From the NCBI GenBank assembly GCA_965248435.1, contig OZ252100.1, positions 4,064,001-4,128,000 on the forward strand: 64,000 nt of DNA, in the 5' to 3' direction. This stretch comes from Candidatus Latescibacterota bacterium (GTDB lineage Bacteria > Latescibacterota > UBA2968 > GCA-2709665). The notes beneath the pieces are model-generated. The model saw nothing but the letters and a program-made list of their open reading frames with translations. It did not search any database and was not told the DNA's origin. This document shows, one piece after another, positions 19,089-29,085 of this stretch. Made by a program: the position numbers and the translations under genes. Every line of letters starts with the position of its first letter. The stretch's first letter is position 1.

Positions 19089-20573
19089 TTGACGGTGAAT
19101 GATATGGCTGGAGCCAATACTCTGAATCGTCTGCCCCTGACTGCGGTCCTTCTGCTCTGTGCAGTGCGGGTTTCGGCAGCTGATCCAACTGTGACCCTGG
19201 AGCCGTGCGCGGATGACGTGGGTGTAGATGGTGCCGAGTGCACCACACTCGAGGTGTTCGAAAATCGAGCCCTGGGTGAGGGGCGAAGCATTTCCCTGAA
19301 CATCGCTGTTCTGCCCGCCCTTGGCCTCAAGGTGCAGCCCGATCCGCTCTTCGTGCTCGCGGGCGGGCCGGGTCAGGCCGCTACCGATCTGGCCGAGTTG
19401 GTGGACGAATTCATGCGCCGCATCCGCCGGGAGCGGGATATCGTGCTCGTCGATCAGCGCGGAACCGGGGATTCGAACCCGCTTGACTGCGAGTTCGTAG
19501 ATTCAGACTCACTCCACTTCCTGCCGGAGGATCGGTTTCTTGATCCCCTTCGCGATTGTCTGGCGTCGTTCGATGCGGATACTCGCTTCTACACGACGCC
19601 CGTCGCTATGGACGACCTTGACGACGTGCGCGCCGCGCTGGGATACGATCGGATCAACCTCTGGGGCGGCTCCTACGGGACTCGAGCGGCACTCGTCTAC
19701 CTGCGTCGCCACGAGGAGCACGTGCGGTCGGTGATTCTGGATGGGCTCGCCCCGACTTCAATCAAGCTGCCGCTCTCGTTCGGCCAGGACGGCAATCGCG
19801 CCCTTGACATGATGCTGGACGACTGCGCGACCTCGCCGGACTGTGGCCCCGCCTTCGCCGGTGTCCGGGAAAAGCTGTACAGCCTGCTGGCGAGGCTGGA
19901 CCGTGAACCGGTTCGGACACGAATCCAGCATCCACGCACGGGCGAGTGGATAGAGGTGCCGGTCACACGGAATGCGGTTGCCCTCCTGGTTCGCGCTGCC
20001 CTCTATAGTGCGGAGCTCAGCGCACTCCTGCCATTGGTGATCGAACGCGCGCACGAGGGCGATTTTGGCCCGCTCGCCGCGATGAGTGATCCGTGGACGG
20101 ATCTCGACAAGGCGATGAGCGTCGGGATGCTTTTCTCGGTCATCTGCAGTGAGGACATCCCCGGTCTCAGCGACGCGGATCGACGCGAACTGTCGGGCGA
20201 GCCTTTCCTGGGCAGTGCCGTTGTCGACGTGTGGTCGAAGGTGTGCGGCTTCTGGCCGCGAGGTGAGGTGCCTGCGGGCTATTACGACCCGACCGTTTCT
20301 GACAAACCGGTGCTGGTCCTGTCGGGTGAGCTGGACCCGGTGACGCCGCCTCGATGGGGTGAGGAGGTGGTGCAACACCTCGAAAACGGACGACACGTCG
20401 TTGTGCCGGGTGTGGGCCACGGCACCCTGGTCGCCGGCTGTGTGCCCAAACTGATGGCCAAATTTATCGATCAGGGCAGTGCGAAGGACCTGGACGTGGA
20501 GTGCGTCAAGAAGCTGCGCCGTCCTCCGTTCTTCAGCTCGTTTACCGGCCCGGGGCCGAAGGGGGCGCCGTGA
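19089..20573 (+). CDS. Secreted alpha/beta hydrolase (TAP-like tripeptidyl peptidase)
   Basis: AGGPG, DQRGTG, GGSYG, DPVTP and GHG motifs. Confidence 0.88.
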   Translation: MTVNDMAGANTLNRLPLTAVLLLCAVRVSAADPTVTLEPCADDVGVDGAECTTLEVFENRALGEGRSISLNIAVLPALGLKVQPDPLFVLAGGPGQAATDLAELVDEFMRRIRRERDIVLVDQRGTGDSNPLDCEFVDSDSLHFLPEDRFLDPLRDCLASFDADTRFYTTPVAMDDLDDVRAALGYDRINLWGGSYGTRAALVYLRRHEEHVRSVILDGLAPTSIKLPLSFGQDGNRALDMMLDDCATSPDCGPAFAGVREKLYSLLARLDREPVRTRIQHPRTGEWIEVPVTRNAVALLVRAALYSAELSALLPLVIERAHEGDFGPLAAMSDPWTDLDKAMSVGMLFSVICSEDIPGLSDADRRELSGEPFLGSAVVDVWSKVCGFWPRGEVPAGYYDPTVSDKPVLVLSGELDPVTPPRWGEEVVQHLENGRHVVVPGVGHGTLVAGCVPKLMAKFIDQGSAKDLDVECVKKLRRPPFFSSFTGPGPKGAP

Positions 20574-21301
20574 TTCGAGTGGAGGGCCTCAGCAAACGGT
20601 TCGGCGAGGTCGTGGCCGTCGACGACCTCGATTTCGTTGCCCCGGACGGGGCCGTAACCGGGCTGCTGGGTCCCAACGGGGCCGGGAAGACGACGACGCT
20701 GCGGATGCTCTATGGCCTGATGCAGCCCGATGATGGCCAGATGTGGGTCGACGGCATCGAGGTGGGGAGCGATCCTTTGGGCGCTCAGGCGCACATGGGT
20801 GTGCTGCCGGATTCACAGGGGCTGTATCCCCGGCTGACGGCGCGTGAGCACCTTCGCTACTTCGGACGGTTGCAGGGGATGCGCGGCGACGCGCTTGAAT
20901 CGCGCATCGAGGAGCTGATCGCGCGGTTCGACATGGCGGGGATCGCCGACCGGCGCGCACAGGGATTTTCCCACGGCGAGCGCGTCAAGGTGGCGCTGGG
21001 TCGCGCCCTGGTGCACGACCCGGAGAGCGTGCTGCTGGACGAGCCGACGAACGGTCTGGATGTGCAGAGCACGCGCGCAGTGCGCACGCTCATCCGCGAG
21101 ATGCGACAGCAGGGCAAGTGCGTCCTGTTCTCCAGCCACATCATGCAGGAGGTCTCGGCGCTGTGCGACGCGATCGTCATCATCGCGGGCGGACGCGTCG
21201 TCGCCAGGGGCACGTCTGATGAACTGCTGGAGCAGACCGGCCACGACAGCCTGGAGGACGCCTTTGTCGCGCTGACGGGGCTCGACGAGGTGCCGTCGTG
21301 A
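20570..21301 (+). CDS. ABC transporter ATP-binding protein (NatA-like)
   Basis: GPNGAGKTT, FSHG and LDEPTNGLD motifs; GTGA coupling to the upstream gene. Confidence 0.9.
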   Translation: MIRVEGLSKRFGEVVAVDDLDFVAPDGAVTGLLGPNGAGKTTTLRMLYGLMQPDDGQMWVDGIEVGSDPLGAQAHMGVLPDSQGLYPRLTAREHLRYFGRLQGMRGDALESRIEELIARFDMAGIADRRAQGFSHGERVKVALGRALVHDPESVLLDEPTNGLDVQSTRAVRTLIREMRQQGKCVLFSSHIMQEVSALCDAIVIIAGGRVVARGTSDELLEQTGHDSLEDAFVALTGLDEVPS

Positions 21302-22476
21302 ATTCGCAGACCCAACAATCGGTCGTCGTCTTCCTGAAGGAGCTGAAGGATGGTCTGCGAGACCGCCGCTCGATCCTATCGGCACTGCTATTTCCGCTCC
21401 TGGGCCCGCTAATGATCACGTTCATGTTCAACACGATTATCGAGCGCCAACGAGAGGCTGAAGATATCGACATCCCGGTGGTGGGGGCAGAACGTGCGCC
21501 GGGGTTGATCGACTGGATCGAGCGACGCGGCTTCGATGTGGTGAAAGGTCCTGAAGATCCTGAGGCGGCCGTGCGCGATGGGGACTTCGACCTCGTGCTG
21601 GTGATTCCGGATGATTTCGCGGATGATTTCGCTCAGGCGCGCACCGCTACGGTCGAGCTCGTGCGTGACGGGTCACGCAAGGAGGCAGATCCTGCCGTGA
21701 GGCAGGTTCGAAGCCTGGTGCGCGGCTATGGCAGGATGATCGGCGCTCTTCGCCTGGTCGCGCGGGGCGTGAGCGCCCAGGTCTCCAGTCCGATTTCCGT
21801 CGAGTATGTCGATGTCGCGACGGCACGAAAACAGGCGGCGAACCTGTTTACTTTCGTTCCTATGTTCGTGATCCTTGCCGCCTTTATCACCGGGATGAAC
21901 GTGGCGATCGACACGACTGCCGGTGAAAGGGAGCGCTCATCACTGGAGCCCCTGCTCATCAACCCGGTGCCGAACACGGCGATTGTCACGGGCAAGTGGT
22001 TGGCCGCCGTGTTCTTTTCGGGCGCGGGCATTGCCCTGACCCTCAGCGCCGTGGCCTACGCACTCTCTCGCGTGCCCCTGAAGGAAGTGGGCATCGAACT
22101 TGAGCTGGGTACGCCTGAGATCGTCGGGGTCCTGGCCGCAACCCTGCCTCTCGCCCTCTTCGCCTCCGGTCTACAGCTCTTGGTGGCGACGTTCGCGCGG
22201 TCGTTCAAGGAGGCGCAGACTTACATCTCTCTGCTGATCTTCCTTCCAATGGTTCCGCACTTCATCACTTCGGTTTACTCGCTGGACACGGCGTTCTGGA
22301 TGCTGCTGGTCCCGGCCCTGGGTCAGCAGGTCCTGCTTACGGACGTGCTCGGCGGTGACCAGGTAGACTTTCTATCCTTCGTCGTAGTGGGACTATCTTC
22401 CCTGGTGCTCGGTCTCCTGTGCGTCTGGATTACATCGCGCCTCTTCCGGCGTGAGCGGATCATCTTCGGCGGGTGA
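21298..22476 (+). CDS. ABC transporter permease (NatB-like)
   Basis: KEL...RDRR, AGERERSSLEPLL and ARSFKEAQ motifs. Confidence 0.9.
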   Translation: MNSQTQQSVVVFLKELKDGLRDRRSILSALLFPLLGPLMITFMFNTIIERQREAEDIDIPVVGAERAPGLIDWIERRGFDVVKGPEDPEAAVRDGDFDLVLVIPDDFADDFAQARTATVELVRDGSRKEADPAVRQVRSLVRGYGRMIGALRLVARGVSAQVSSPISVEYVDVATARKQAANLFTFVPMFVILAAFITGMNVAIDTTAGERERSSLEPLLINPVPNTAIVTGKWLAAVFFSGAGIALTLSAVAYALSRVPLKEVGIELELGTPEIVGVLAATLPLALFASGLQLLVATFARSFKEAQTYISLLIFLPMVPHFITSVYSLDTAFWMLLVPALGQQVLLTDVLGGDQVDFLSFVVVGLSSLVLGLLCVWITSRLFRRERIIFGG

Positions 22477-22606
22477 ATGAGGCGGTGCGAGGCCGCTTCG
22501 GGTTCGCACCATAATCTCCTTGTCGGCACGGCCAGACAGCGCCATTTTGTAGCGATTCGTCCGACCCAATTCCGCGAGAAATCAACGATATATAAGGAGA
22601 GAAAGC

Positions 22607-23305
22607 GTGGGGCTTCTAGGCACAGCCGCGATGGTCTTCTGGTTTGAGGTCAATAAAGATCAAGCTGACCACGACGCGTGGCACTCGCACGAGCATCTGC
22701 AGGAGCGGCTCCGCGTTCCTGGGTTTCTGCGCGGCCGACGGGGCGCCGGGGTGTCGGGAGCGGCCGGGTATTTCGTGATGTATGAGGTCGAGGACCTCGC
22801 GATTCTCACCTCACAGCCTTACCTCGACCGCTTGAATAACCCGACTCCCTGGTCGCAGAGGACCATTTCAACGATGCGGAACATGAACCGCACGCTGTGC
22901 CGGGTCGTGGCGAGTTTCGGTGCGGGGATCGGTACAGAATTGCTCACGATACAACTTGCTCCAGCAGCCGACCAGGCCGAAACACTGCGGGACTGGCTGG
23001 TCGCCGACGCATTGCCCGGCTTGGCTCAACAGCCCGGTGTCGTTGGCGCGCATTTGCTCGAAGCGGATGAAGCCGCAAGTAAAACGGAGACGGAAGAGAA
23101 ACGGCTCCGCGAGTCCGAAGACGAGATCGCCGACTGGGTGGTCCTGCTGGAAGGGTATGATGCCGAGGGGATCCGTTCCGTTTCCGAGGGCCTGCTGTCG
23201 GAGGCGTCTCTGACCGAGCACGGCGCGTCCAGCGACCCCGTTTCGGCCAGGTATCGTCTCGTTCATACGATGAGTGACCGTGACGTGCTTACATCGAGCG
23301 AGTGA
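22607..23305 (+). CDS. Hypothetical protein with a dimeric alpha-beta-barrel-like N-domain
   Basis: WHSHEHLQERLRVPGFLRGRR...Y..MYE...PTPW conserved-family pattern. Confidence 0.65.
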   Translation: MGLLGTAAMVFWFEVNKDQADHDAWHSHEHLQERLRVPGFLRGRRGAGVSGAAGYFVMYEVEDLAILTSQPYLDRLNNPTPWSQRTISTMRNMNRTLCRVVASFGAGIGTELLTIQLAPAADQAETLRDWLVADALPGLAQQPGVVGAHLLEADEAASKTETEEKRLRESEDEIADWVVLLEGYDAEGIRSVSEGLLSEASLTEHGASSDPVSARYRLVHTMSDRDVLTSSE

Positions 23306-23661
23306 GGACGAAGATGGACGGCCCGTTTCAACTTGCTGACAGCGTCATCGATGCCGTCATCCACGATCCCGGTCCCGCGGTTTTCCTGCTCCGGCGAATC
23401 GAAGAGACACCGGAACACGCTTACTACCGCCCGCTGGTGGGTCGCACCGAGGGAGACGACCTCGCGCAGACCCTCAAGCGATGGCTCGACTCCGACTATC
23501 GCGTCTTCTGGTTCGAGTATGCGGCGTCGGACGATGCGGCTTTTGAAGAGGAATGCAGGATGTGGCACGAGCTGGACGGTCCGGACGGGAAACTCGACAA
23601 CGAGGCGCATCCGAACGCGAGCGGGAGTTTGACCGCTCGGTGCCCGGTCTGTTCGACGTAA
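23302..23661 (+). CDS. Small protein resembling a degenerate GIY-YIG fold with a C-terminal CxxC
   Basis: GPF.L...ID..., PAVFLL, LVGRT, AAFEEEC..WH, LDN..HP and CPVC motifs. Confidence 0.55.
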   Translation: MRTKMDGPFQLADSVIDAVIHDPGPAVFLLRRIEETPEHAYYRPLVGRTEGDDLAQTLKRWLDSDYRVFWFEYAASDDAAFEEECRMWHELDGPDGKLDNEAHPNASGSLTARCPVCST

Positions 23662-23680
23662 CGCTGACGGGAGGACAAAG

Positions 23681-25207
23681 ATGTCGATGTGGCTGAACGA
23701 GCAACAGCTTCAGGTGCTGGAGCGGGGATACGAGAGGCAGGTGGAATGCCCCGTGCCGACGCAGGTCGTGTCGAGCGGTGAGTGCATGCCGCCGAGACAG
23801 ACCCTGCAGCAGGCGCAGGTCGAATCTCTGGTTCTAAAAAAGGCTGAGTTTTACGCGGGGCGTCAAGGTATCGCTCAAAGCCCGTACCTGCGTTCACGCA
23901 GCGGCATGGCGGCCGCCTTTCTGGCCATGAACGAAGTGTTCGGGGACATTTACGACGTCGACGCGGCGGAGGTCGAAGATGAGGCGGCGGCCGAGGCGCG
24001 CCACGCGATCACGAAAGACCAGTTCATTTTCGACGTCCACACACACCACGTTCACGATGACTACCGCTGGGAAGGGCAGCTCTGGCTACGCAGCACCGCT
24101 GAGGAAATGTTCGGGGATCGTCCCTGGGACCCCGAGCTCGTCAAGCGTGAACTCGACCTGAAGTACTGGAAGTTCGACTATTACCTGAAGGACATGTTCT
24201 TCGACAGCGACACGACGATGGCGCTGCTCAGCACGTCGCCATCGGTGGATCCGTATAAAGAGCTGATCTCAGACGATCAGATGGTCGCCACGCGCAACCT
24301 GGTCAACCGGTTATCGGGCACGCGACGGATGCTGGCCCACGGGGTGATCTGGCCGAGCGTCCCGAAATACCTGGATGCGATGGACCGCGCGGCCACAGAG
24401 CTGAAGGTGGATTCGTGGAAGGGTTACACGATCGGCGACGTTTTGGGGCTCGAACCGACGTTCGACAGGCCGTGGCGCATGGATGACGAGGCGGTGACTT
24501 ATCCGTCCTATGAAAAGGCCCGTAAGTACGGCATCCGAAACATCTGCGTCCACAAGGGCGTGCTCCCTGTGGGCTACGAGGAGATCCCAAACTGGCAGTA
24601 CGCGACCGTCGAGGATGTCGGCAAGGCGGCCCAGGACTGGCCCGACCTGAACTTCCACCTTTATCACGGCGGTTTGAAGATGTGGCGGGACCCGAAACCG
24701 GTGAGCGACGAGTTCCAGCAGACGGGCCGGCTGCCGTGGATCGATGAGGTGGCGGCCATTCCGAACGAGTACGGCGTGTCGAACGTGTATGCCGACGTCG
24801 GCCTCTCATTCGGGGCCCTGGCGATCACGCATCCCAGGCTGGCCGCGGTGATGATCGCCAAACTCGTCAAGGGACTGGGTGCGGATCACGTGCTGTGGGG
24901 GACCGATTCGATCTGGTTCGGCTCGCCGCAGTGGCAGATCGAGGCGCTCCGCCGCATCGAGGTCCCTGCGGACATTCAGGACGAGCACGACCTCGAACCG
25001 CTCGGACCAGCGGACGGCCCGGTCAAACGCGCGATCTTCGGCATCAACGCGGCCGGGCAGTACGGCATCGAGCTGGACGCCGACGGTCGGCCGATCACAA
25101 ACTACGAGGATGACGAGCTGTCCCGCCTGAAGGCGGACTACCTGGCTGCAGGGCACCAGCGAGACAATCTGTTCTGGGGCTTTATCCGAAAGCAGAAGGA
25201 TGGGTGA
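23681..25207 (+). CDS. Amidohydrolase family protein
   Basis: FDVHTHH, WKGY, VHKG, YHGG and WGTDSIWFGSPQ motifs. Confidence 0.88.
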   Translation: MSMWLNEQQLQVLERGYERQVECPVPTQVVSSGECMPPRQTLQQAQVESLVLKKAEFYAGRQGIAQSPYLRSRSGMAAAFLAMNEVFGDIYDVDAAEVEDEAAAEARHAITKDQFIFDVHTHHVHDDYRWEGQLWLRSTAEEMFGDRPWDPELVKRELDLKYWKFDYYLKDMFFDSDTTMALLSTSPSVDPYKELISDDQMVATRNLVNRLSGTRRMLAHGVIWPSVPKYLDAMDRAATELKVDSWKGYTIGDVLGLEPTFDRPWRMDDEAVTYPSYEKARKYGIRNICVHKGVLPVGYEEIPNWQYATVEDVGKAAQDWPDLNFHLYHGGLKMWRDPKPVSDEFQQTGRLPWIDEVAAIPNEYGVSNVYADVGLSFGALAITHPRLAAVMIAKLVKGLGADHVLWGTDSIWFGSPQWQIEALRRIEVPADIQDEHDLEPLGPADGPVKRAIFGINAAGQYGIELDADGRPITNYEDDELSRLKADYLAAGHQRDNLFWGFIRKQKDG

Positions 25208-25220
25208 TCCCGCACGAACT

Positions 25221-26192
25221 ATGGAACAGGATCTCTTTCTGAAGAAGACAGCTGTTGTGGGCGCCGGTCTGATGGGCAGCCAGATCGGTCTGGTGCTGGC
25301 CCTGGGCAGTCGTGAAACGGTTCTGATGAGCCGCCGGCAGGAGAGCCTGGACCGCGCACTGGACGCGATTCGCCGCTACTCGGGTGATCTGGACCGACAC
25401 GGACTGCTTCGGGGCGAGACGCCGGAGACGGTGATCGGGCGCATCCGGACGGCGACGGAGGTGGGGGAGGCGGTGGATGATGCGGCATTCGTCGTGGAGT
25501 CTATCCCGGAGGAGCTGGAGGCCAAGCAGGCGCTCTTCGAACAGATGGATGCTACGGCGCCCCGAGAGGCGATTCTGGTGAGCAACACGTCGGGCCTGCC
25601 GATCACGGACTTGGGGGCCCGGATGGTCCATCAGGATCGGATCGCGGGTTCGCACTTCGTTCAACCTGGACATATCGTGCCCGTCGTGGAGGTGATTCGT
25701 GGGCGGGAGACGTCGGATGAGACTGTGGCCCGGACGTGTGAGATTTGGGAACGGCTGGGCAGGATCACGCTCCGTGTGAACCAGGACGTGCCTGGCTTCC
25801 TGGTGAACCGCCTGCAGCACGCCGTGATCCGGGAAGCGGTGCACCTGCTGGCGACGGGCGTGGCAGACGCCGAGACGATAGATCAGGCGGTGTCGCTGGG
25901 CCTGGCGCCAAGGTTTACGACGGCGGGTCCGCTCGAACAGCGCGACATCAACGGGTTGAAGACAAACGCGCTGGTCGCCGAGCACTTGTGGAAGAGGTTG
26001 GCGAGCTGGGAAGAACCCTTGGCCTATCTTCAGGCTATGGTCGCGCGAGGGGAGACCGGTCTGGAAGTGGGCAAAGGCTACTACGATTGGTCCGGGCAGG
26101 ATCCTGTCGCAGTGCGCAGCGAGAAGGACGAGCTGCTGCTCCGCCGGACCGAGCAGGTGATGGCCGACTGGCGGGCGAGGCAGGAAAGGTAG
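25221..26192 (+). CDS. 3-hydroxyacyl-CoA dehydrogenase family protein
   Basis: GAGLMG, VESIPE..K, SNTSG, HF and PGFLVNRLQ motifs. Confidence 0.92.
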   Translation: MEQDLFLKKTAVVGAGLMGSQIGLVLALGSRETVLMSRRQESLDRALDAIRRYSGDLDRHGLLRGETPETVIGRIRTATEVGEAVDDAAFVVESIPEELEAKQALFEQMDATAPREAILVSNTSGLPITDLGARMVHQDRIAGSHFVQPGHIVPVVEVIRGRETSDETVARTCEIWERLGRITLRVNQDVPGFLVNRLQHAVIREAVHLLATGVADAETIDQAVSLGLAPRFTTAGPLEQRDINGLKTNALVAEHLWKRLASWEEPLAYLQAMVARGETGLEVGKGYYDWSGQDPVAVRSEKDELLLRRTEQVMADWRARQER

Positions 26193-26204
26193 ATCATCAG
26201 GTCA

Positions 26205-26768
26205 ATGGACGAAATCTACGTCAGTACAGACATCGAGACCGACGGGCCGAGCCCCGGACACTACTCGATGCTCAGCTTTGGTTCGGTTGCCTTCACGTTG
26301 GATCGGACGATCCATTCCAGCTTCGAGCGCAACCTGGACCTGCTGCCTGGAGCAAAGCAGCACGCGGATAATATGAAGTTCTGGGAGACGCAGCCTGAGG
26401 CCTGGGACGCCTGCAGAAGAAATCCTATTGCACCCGGGGAAGCGATGCAACACTATCTCGAATGGCTTAAGGGCTTGGCCGGAACTCCCATATTCGTGGC
26501 ACACCCAGTCTGTTTTGACTACACGTTTATCAGCTGGTACTTGCACGAGTTTGTCGGCGAGAATCCGTTTCGAGGTGCAGTGGATACCGTTACATACGCT
26601 ATGGCACTCCTGAAAAGGCCGTGGTCGGAGTCCACATCGCGATACATGCCGAAGGAGTGGTTCGATCCAGGCCACCCTCATACGCACCAGGCGCTCGATG
26701 ACGCCCTGGAGCGTGCATACCTGTTATGCAACATGGTCGAAGCCAACAGGCAAGGCCAGACAAGATGA
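26205..26768 (+). CDS. DEDDh 3'-5' exoribonuclease (Rv2179c/RNase AS-like)
   Basis: STDIETDGP, FD..F and HTHQALDDA motifs. Confidence 0.85.
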   Translation: MDEIYVSTDIETDGPSPGHYSMLSFGSVAFTLDRTIHSSFERNLDLLPGAKQHADNMKFWETQPEAWDACRRNPIAPGEAMQHYLEWLKGLAGTPIFVAHPVCFDYTFISWYLHEFVGENPFRGAVDTVTYAMALLKRPWSESTSRYMPKEWFDPGHPHTHQALDDALERAYLLCNMVEANRQGQTR

Positions 26769-27226
26769 CTGAAGGCAAAATAATGGGCATCTATATCGCT
26801 GAAGCGGCCACGGCGCTTCCTGCTTCTGTCGACAAAGTTTGCGCTGTGGCCAATCGGGGACTCGAGGGCGACCGATATTACCAGAAGACAGGCACGTATT
26901 CTGACAGGGAAGGTCCCGGGCGAGAAGTCACGCTGATCGAACAGGAGGCTCTGGACTATGTTGAGGAGACCTACGGCATCACACTTTCCGGAGCGGAGTC
27001 GAGGCGAAACATCCTGACGAGCGGTGTCGATCTGAATGCCCTCGTGGGAAGCAAATTCCACATCGGAGAGGTTCTGGTCGAAGGCATGCGCCTCTGCCCT
27101 CCCTGTGGACATCTCGAAGAGCTGATAGACAAGAAGGTTCTGGGCGCACTCAAGGACCGCGGAGGATTGAGAGTGAATGTCCTGAGTGACGGAACGATCG
27201 CCATCGGGGATGAGATCAGTTTGTAG
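26765..27226 (+). CDS. MOSC domain protein
   Basis: GLEGDRY, REVTLI, RRNILT, C.PC..L and RGGLR motifs; ATGA coupling. Confidence 0.9.
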   Translation: MTEGKIMGIYIAEAATALPASVDKVCAVANRGLEGDRYYQKTGTYSDREGPGREVTLIEQEALDYVEETYGITLSGAESRRNILTSGVDLNALVGSKFHIGEVLVEGMRLCPPCGHLEELIDKKVLGALKDRGGLRVNVLSDGTIAIGDEISL

Positions 27227-27249
27227 AAATATCGAGATTGGAGTCAGAT

Positions 27250-27537
27250 ATGTGCAGAAACATCAAGACGCTGTTCAACTTCGACCCTCCCGCGACGGAC
27301 GAGGAGGTCCAGGCCGCGTCCCTGCAGTTCGTGAGGAAGCTGAGCGGATTCACGAATCCGTCGAAGGCGAATGAGGATGCGTTCGCGCTGGCTGTCGACC
27401 AGGTCGCCGACGTCGCCCGCACACTGCTGGACTCGATGGTCACCCACGCGGAACCGCGCAATCGGGAAACAGAGGCCGCGAAGGCGCGCGTGCGAGCAGA
27501 GCGGCGGTCCGGTGCGCGGACGGCAATGAAGTTGTAG
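27250..27537 (+). CDS. DUF2277 family protein
   Basis: MCRNIKTLFNFDPPATDEEV.AASLQFVRKLSG signature. Confidence 0.85.
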   Translation: MCRNIKTLFNFDPPATDEEVQAASLQFVRKLSGFTNPSKANEDAFALAVDQVADVARTLLDSMVTHAEPRNRETEAAKARVRAERRSGARTAMKL

Positions 27538-27593
27538 ATGCGCACCGAAGGGGTTTCGCCTTCAGCCTCATCCATATCCACGGAGACTCTGTC

Positions 27594-28052
27594 ATGCCCT
27601 TGATGAAATCCAAACCGCTTCTCGTCGCAGCCACGGTTCTGGGATGCATTCTGGTCTCGACACTTGCAGGCGTCGTCTGGGGCCAGATGATCATTGCAAC
27701 GAACAGTGCACTGGGTTTCGTGGCCTGGGTCCTAGGGTTTCTGTGCGGGTACGCCGCTGTGATCCTGTCCCGGGGACACCGAGGGCCTGTCCTGCAGACC
27801 GCCGGCGTCGTCGCGACGGTATGGGGTGTTCTTGTCGCTAATTATATCCCGTTCTTCCATCATTACAAGATAGAGGTCGGAAAGAAATTCGGTGCGATGG
27901 CCGTGGGAGCGTTCTGGCTGCTTTCGAAACCTGTCTTAGACGTCTATGTCGAGAGTTTACGGGCCATTCTGTGGGACGGCGGGCTGTGGGTGATTCTGGC
28001 CGTCGTCACGGCGTGGTGGATCCCCAGGAGAACCGTGGATCGTGAATCGTAA
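27594..28052 (+). CDS. Hypothetical four-TM membrane protein
   Basis: Hydrophobic segments; GGAG RBS. Confidence 0.65.
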   Translation: MPLMKSKPLLVAATVLGCILVSTLAGVVWGQMIIATNSALGFVAWVLGFLCGYAAVILSRGHRGPVLQTAGVVATVWGVLVANYIPFFHHYKIEVGKKFGAMAVGAFWLLSKPVLDVYVESLRAILWDGGLWVILAVVTAWWIPRRTVDRES

Positions 28053-28056
28053 AAAC

Positions 28057-28180
28057 CGGGTACCGGGAAGGCAAAACACGGGTACCGGGAAGGCAAAACA
28101 CGGGTACCGGGAAGGCAAAACACGGGTACCGGGGAAGCAGAACACGGGTACCGGGGAAGCAGAACACGGGTACCGGGGAA
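28057..28180 (+). repeat. 22-bp tandem array A (CGGGTACCGGG[A/G]A[G/A]GCA[A/G]AACA)
   Basis: Six GGTACC cores at exact 22-bp spacing, 28059 to 28169. Confidence 0.95.
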
Positions 28181-28247
28181 AATCAATAATTAAGGAAAAT
28201 TGCGATATCATTCGGCTGACGATTGAGAAGGGGGGGGGAGACATTTC

Positions 28248-29078
28248 ATGGGGAGACTGGATGGCAAAGTAGCAGTGGTCACGGGTGGAGCCAGGGGTCA
28301 CGCCGAGTCGATCGCCAGGCGATTCGCTGATGAGGGTGCAGCCGTTTCGCTGTGCGACATCGTTCCCGTGAAAGAGTTGGAAGACAGGGTAGGCTCGAAG
28401 ATCAGGGCTGAGGGCGGAAAGGTTCTCTGCCACCAGACGGACGTTTCACAAGAGGCTCAGGTGAACGAGATGGTTAAGGCAACCCTTCACGATTTCGGAA
28501 CCATCGACATCCTCGCCAACGTCGTCGGCATCGCTGGGCCCACCAAGGATATCTGGGACATGACCCTGGCAGAGTGGAAACGAACACTTGATGTGAATCT
28601 GGATTCGCTCTTTCTCTGCTGCAGGGCCGTGCTTCCCGAGATGATAGGGAAGAGATACGGGAAAATCATAAACTTCAGCTCCGGTTCGGGCAAACAGCCG
28701 CTTTCTCACCGGACGCCTTACACCACATCGAAGATGGGTGTGATCGGTTTCACGAGAACACTGGCTGCCGACGTCGGGCGCTACAACATCAATGTCAACG
28801 CCATCTGTCCGGGTGTGCACGAAGAGAGAAGCGTGGAACTGGCCAAGGGCAGGGCGGAATACATGAACAAACCCTTCGATGAGGCGGCGTTTCGCAGGGA
28901 GTTCAGCCAGCCGAACCCGAAGCGCGTTCTGGCGGGTCGATGGTGTGAAGATGAAGGCTATATCGAAAGAAAATCCAGGACGGAAGATGCTGCCTCCGTG
29001 GCGCTGTTTCTCGCCTCGGATGACTCGGCCAGCATGACGGGCCAGGACATCAACTGCAGTGGGGCGGTCATGTGGTAG
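28248..29078 (+). CDS. Short-chain dehydrogenase/reductase
   Basis: TGGARG, YTTSK and NAICPG motifs. Confidence 0.92.
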   Translation: MGRLDGKVAVVTGGARGHAESIARRFADEGAAVSLCDIVPVKELEDRVGSKIRAEGGKVLCHQTDVSQEAQVNEMVKATLHDFGTIDILANVVGIAGPTKDIWDMTLAEWKRTLDVNLDSLFLCCRAVLPEMIGKRYGKIINFSSGSGKQPLSHRTPYTTSKMGVIGFTRTLAADVGRYNINVNAICPGVHEERSVELAKGRAEYMNKPFDEAAFRREFSQPNPKRVLAGRWCEDEGYIERKSRTEDAASVALFLASDDSASMTGQDINCSGAVMW

Positions 29079-29085
29079 CGATCCT

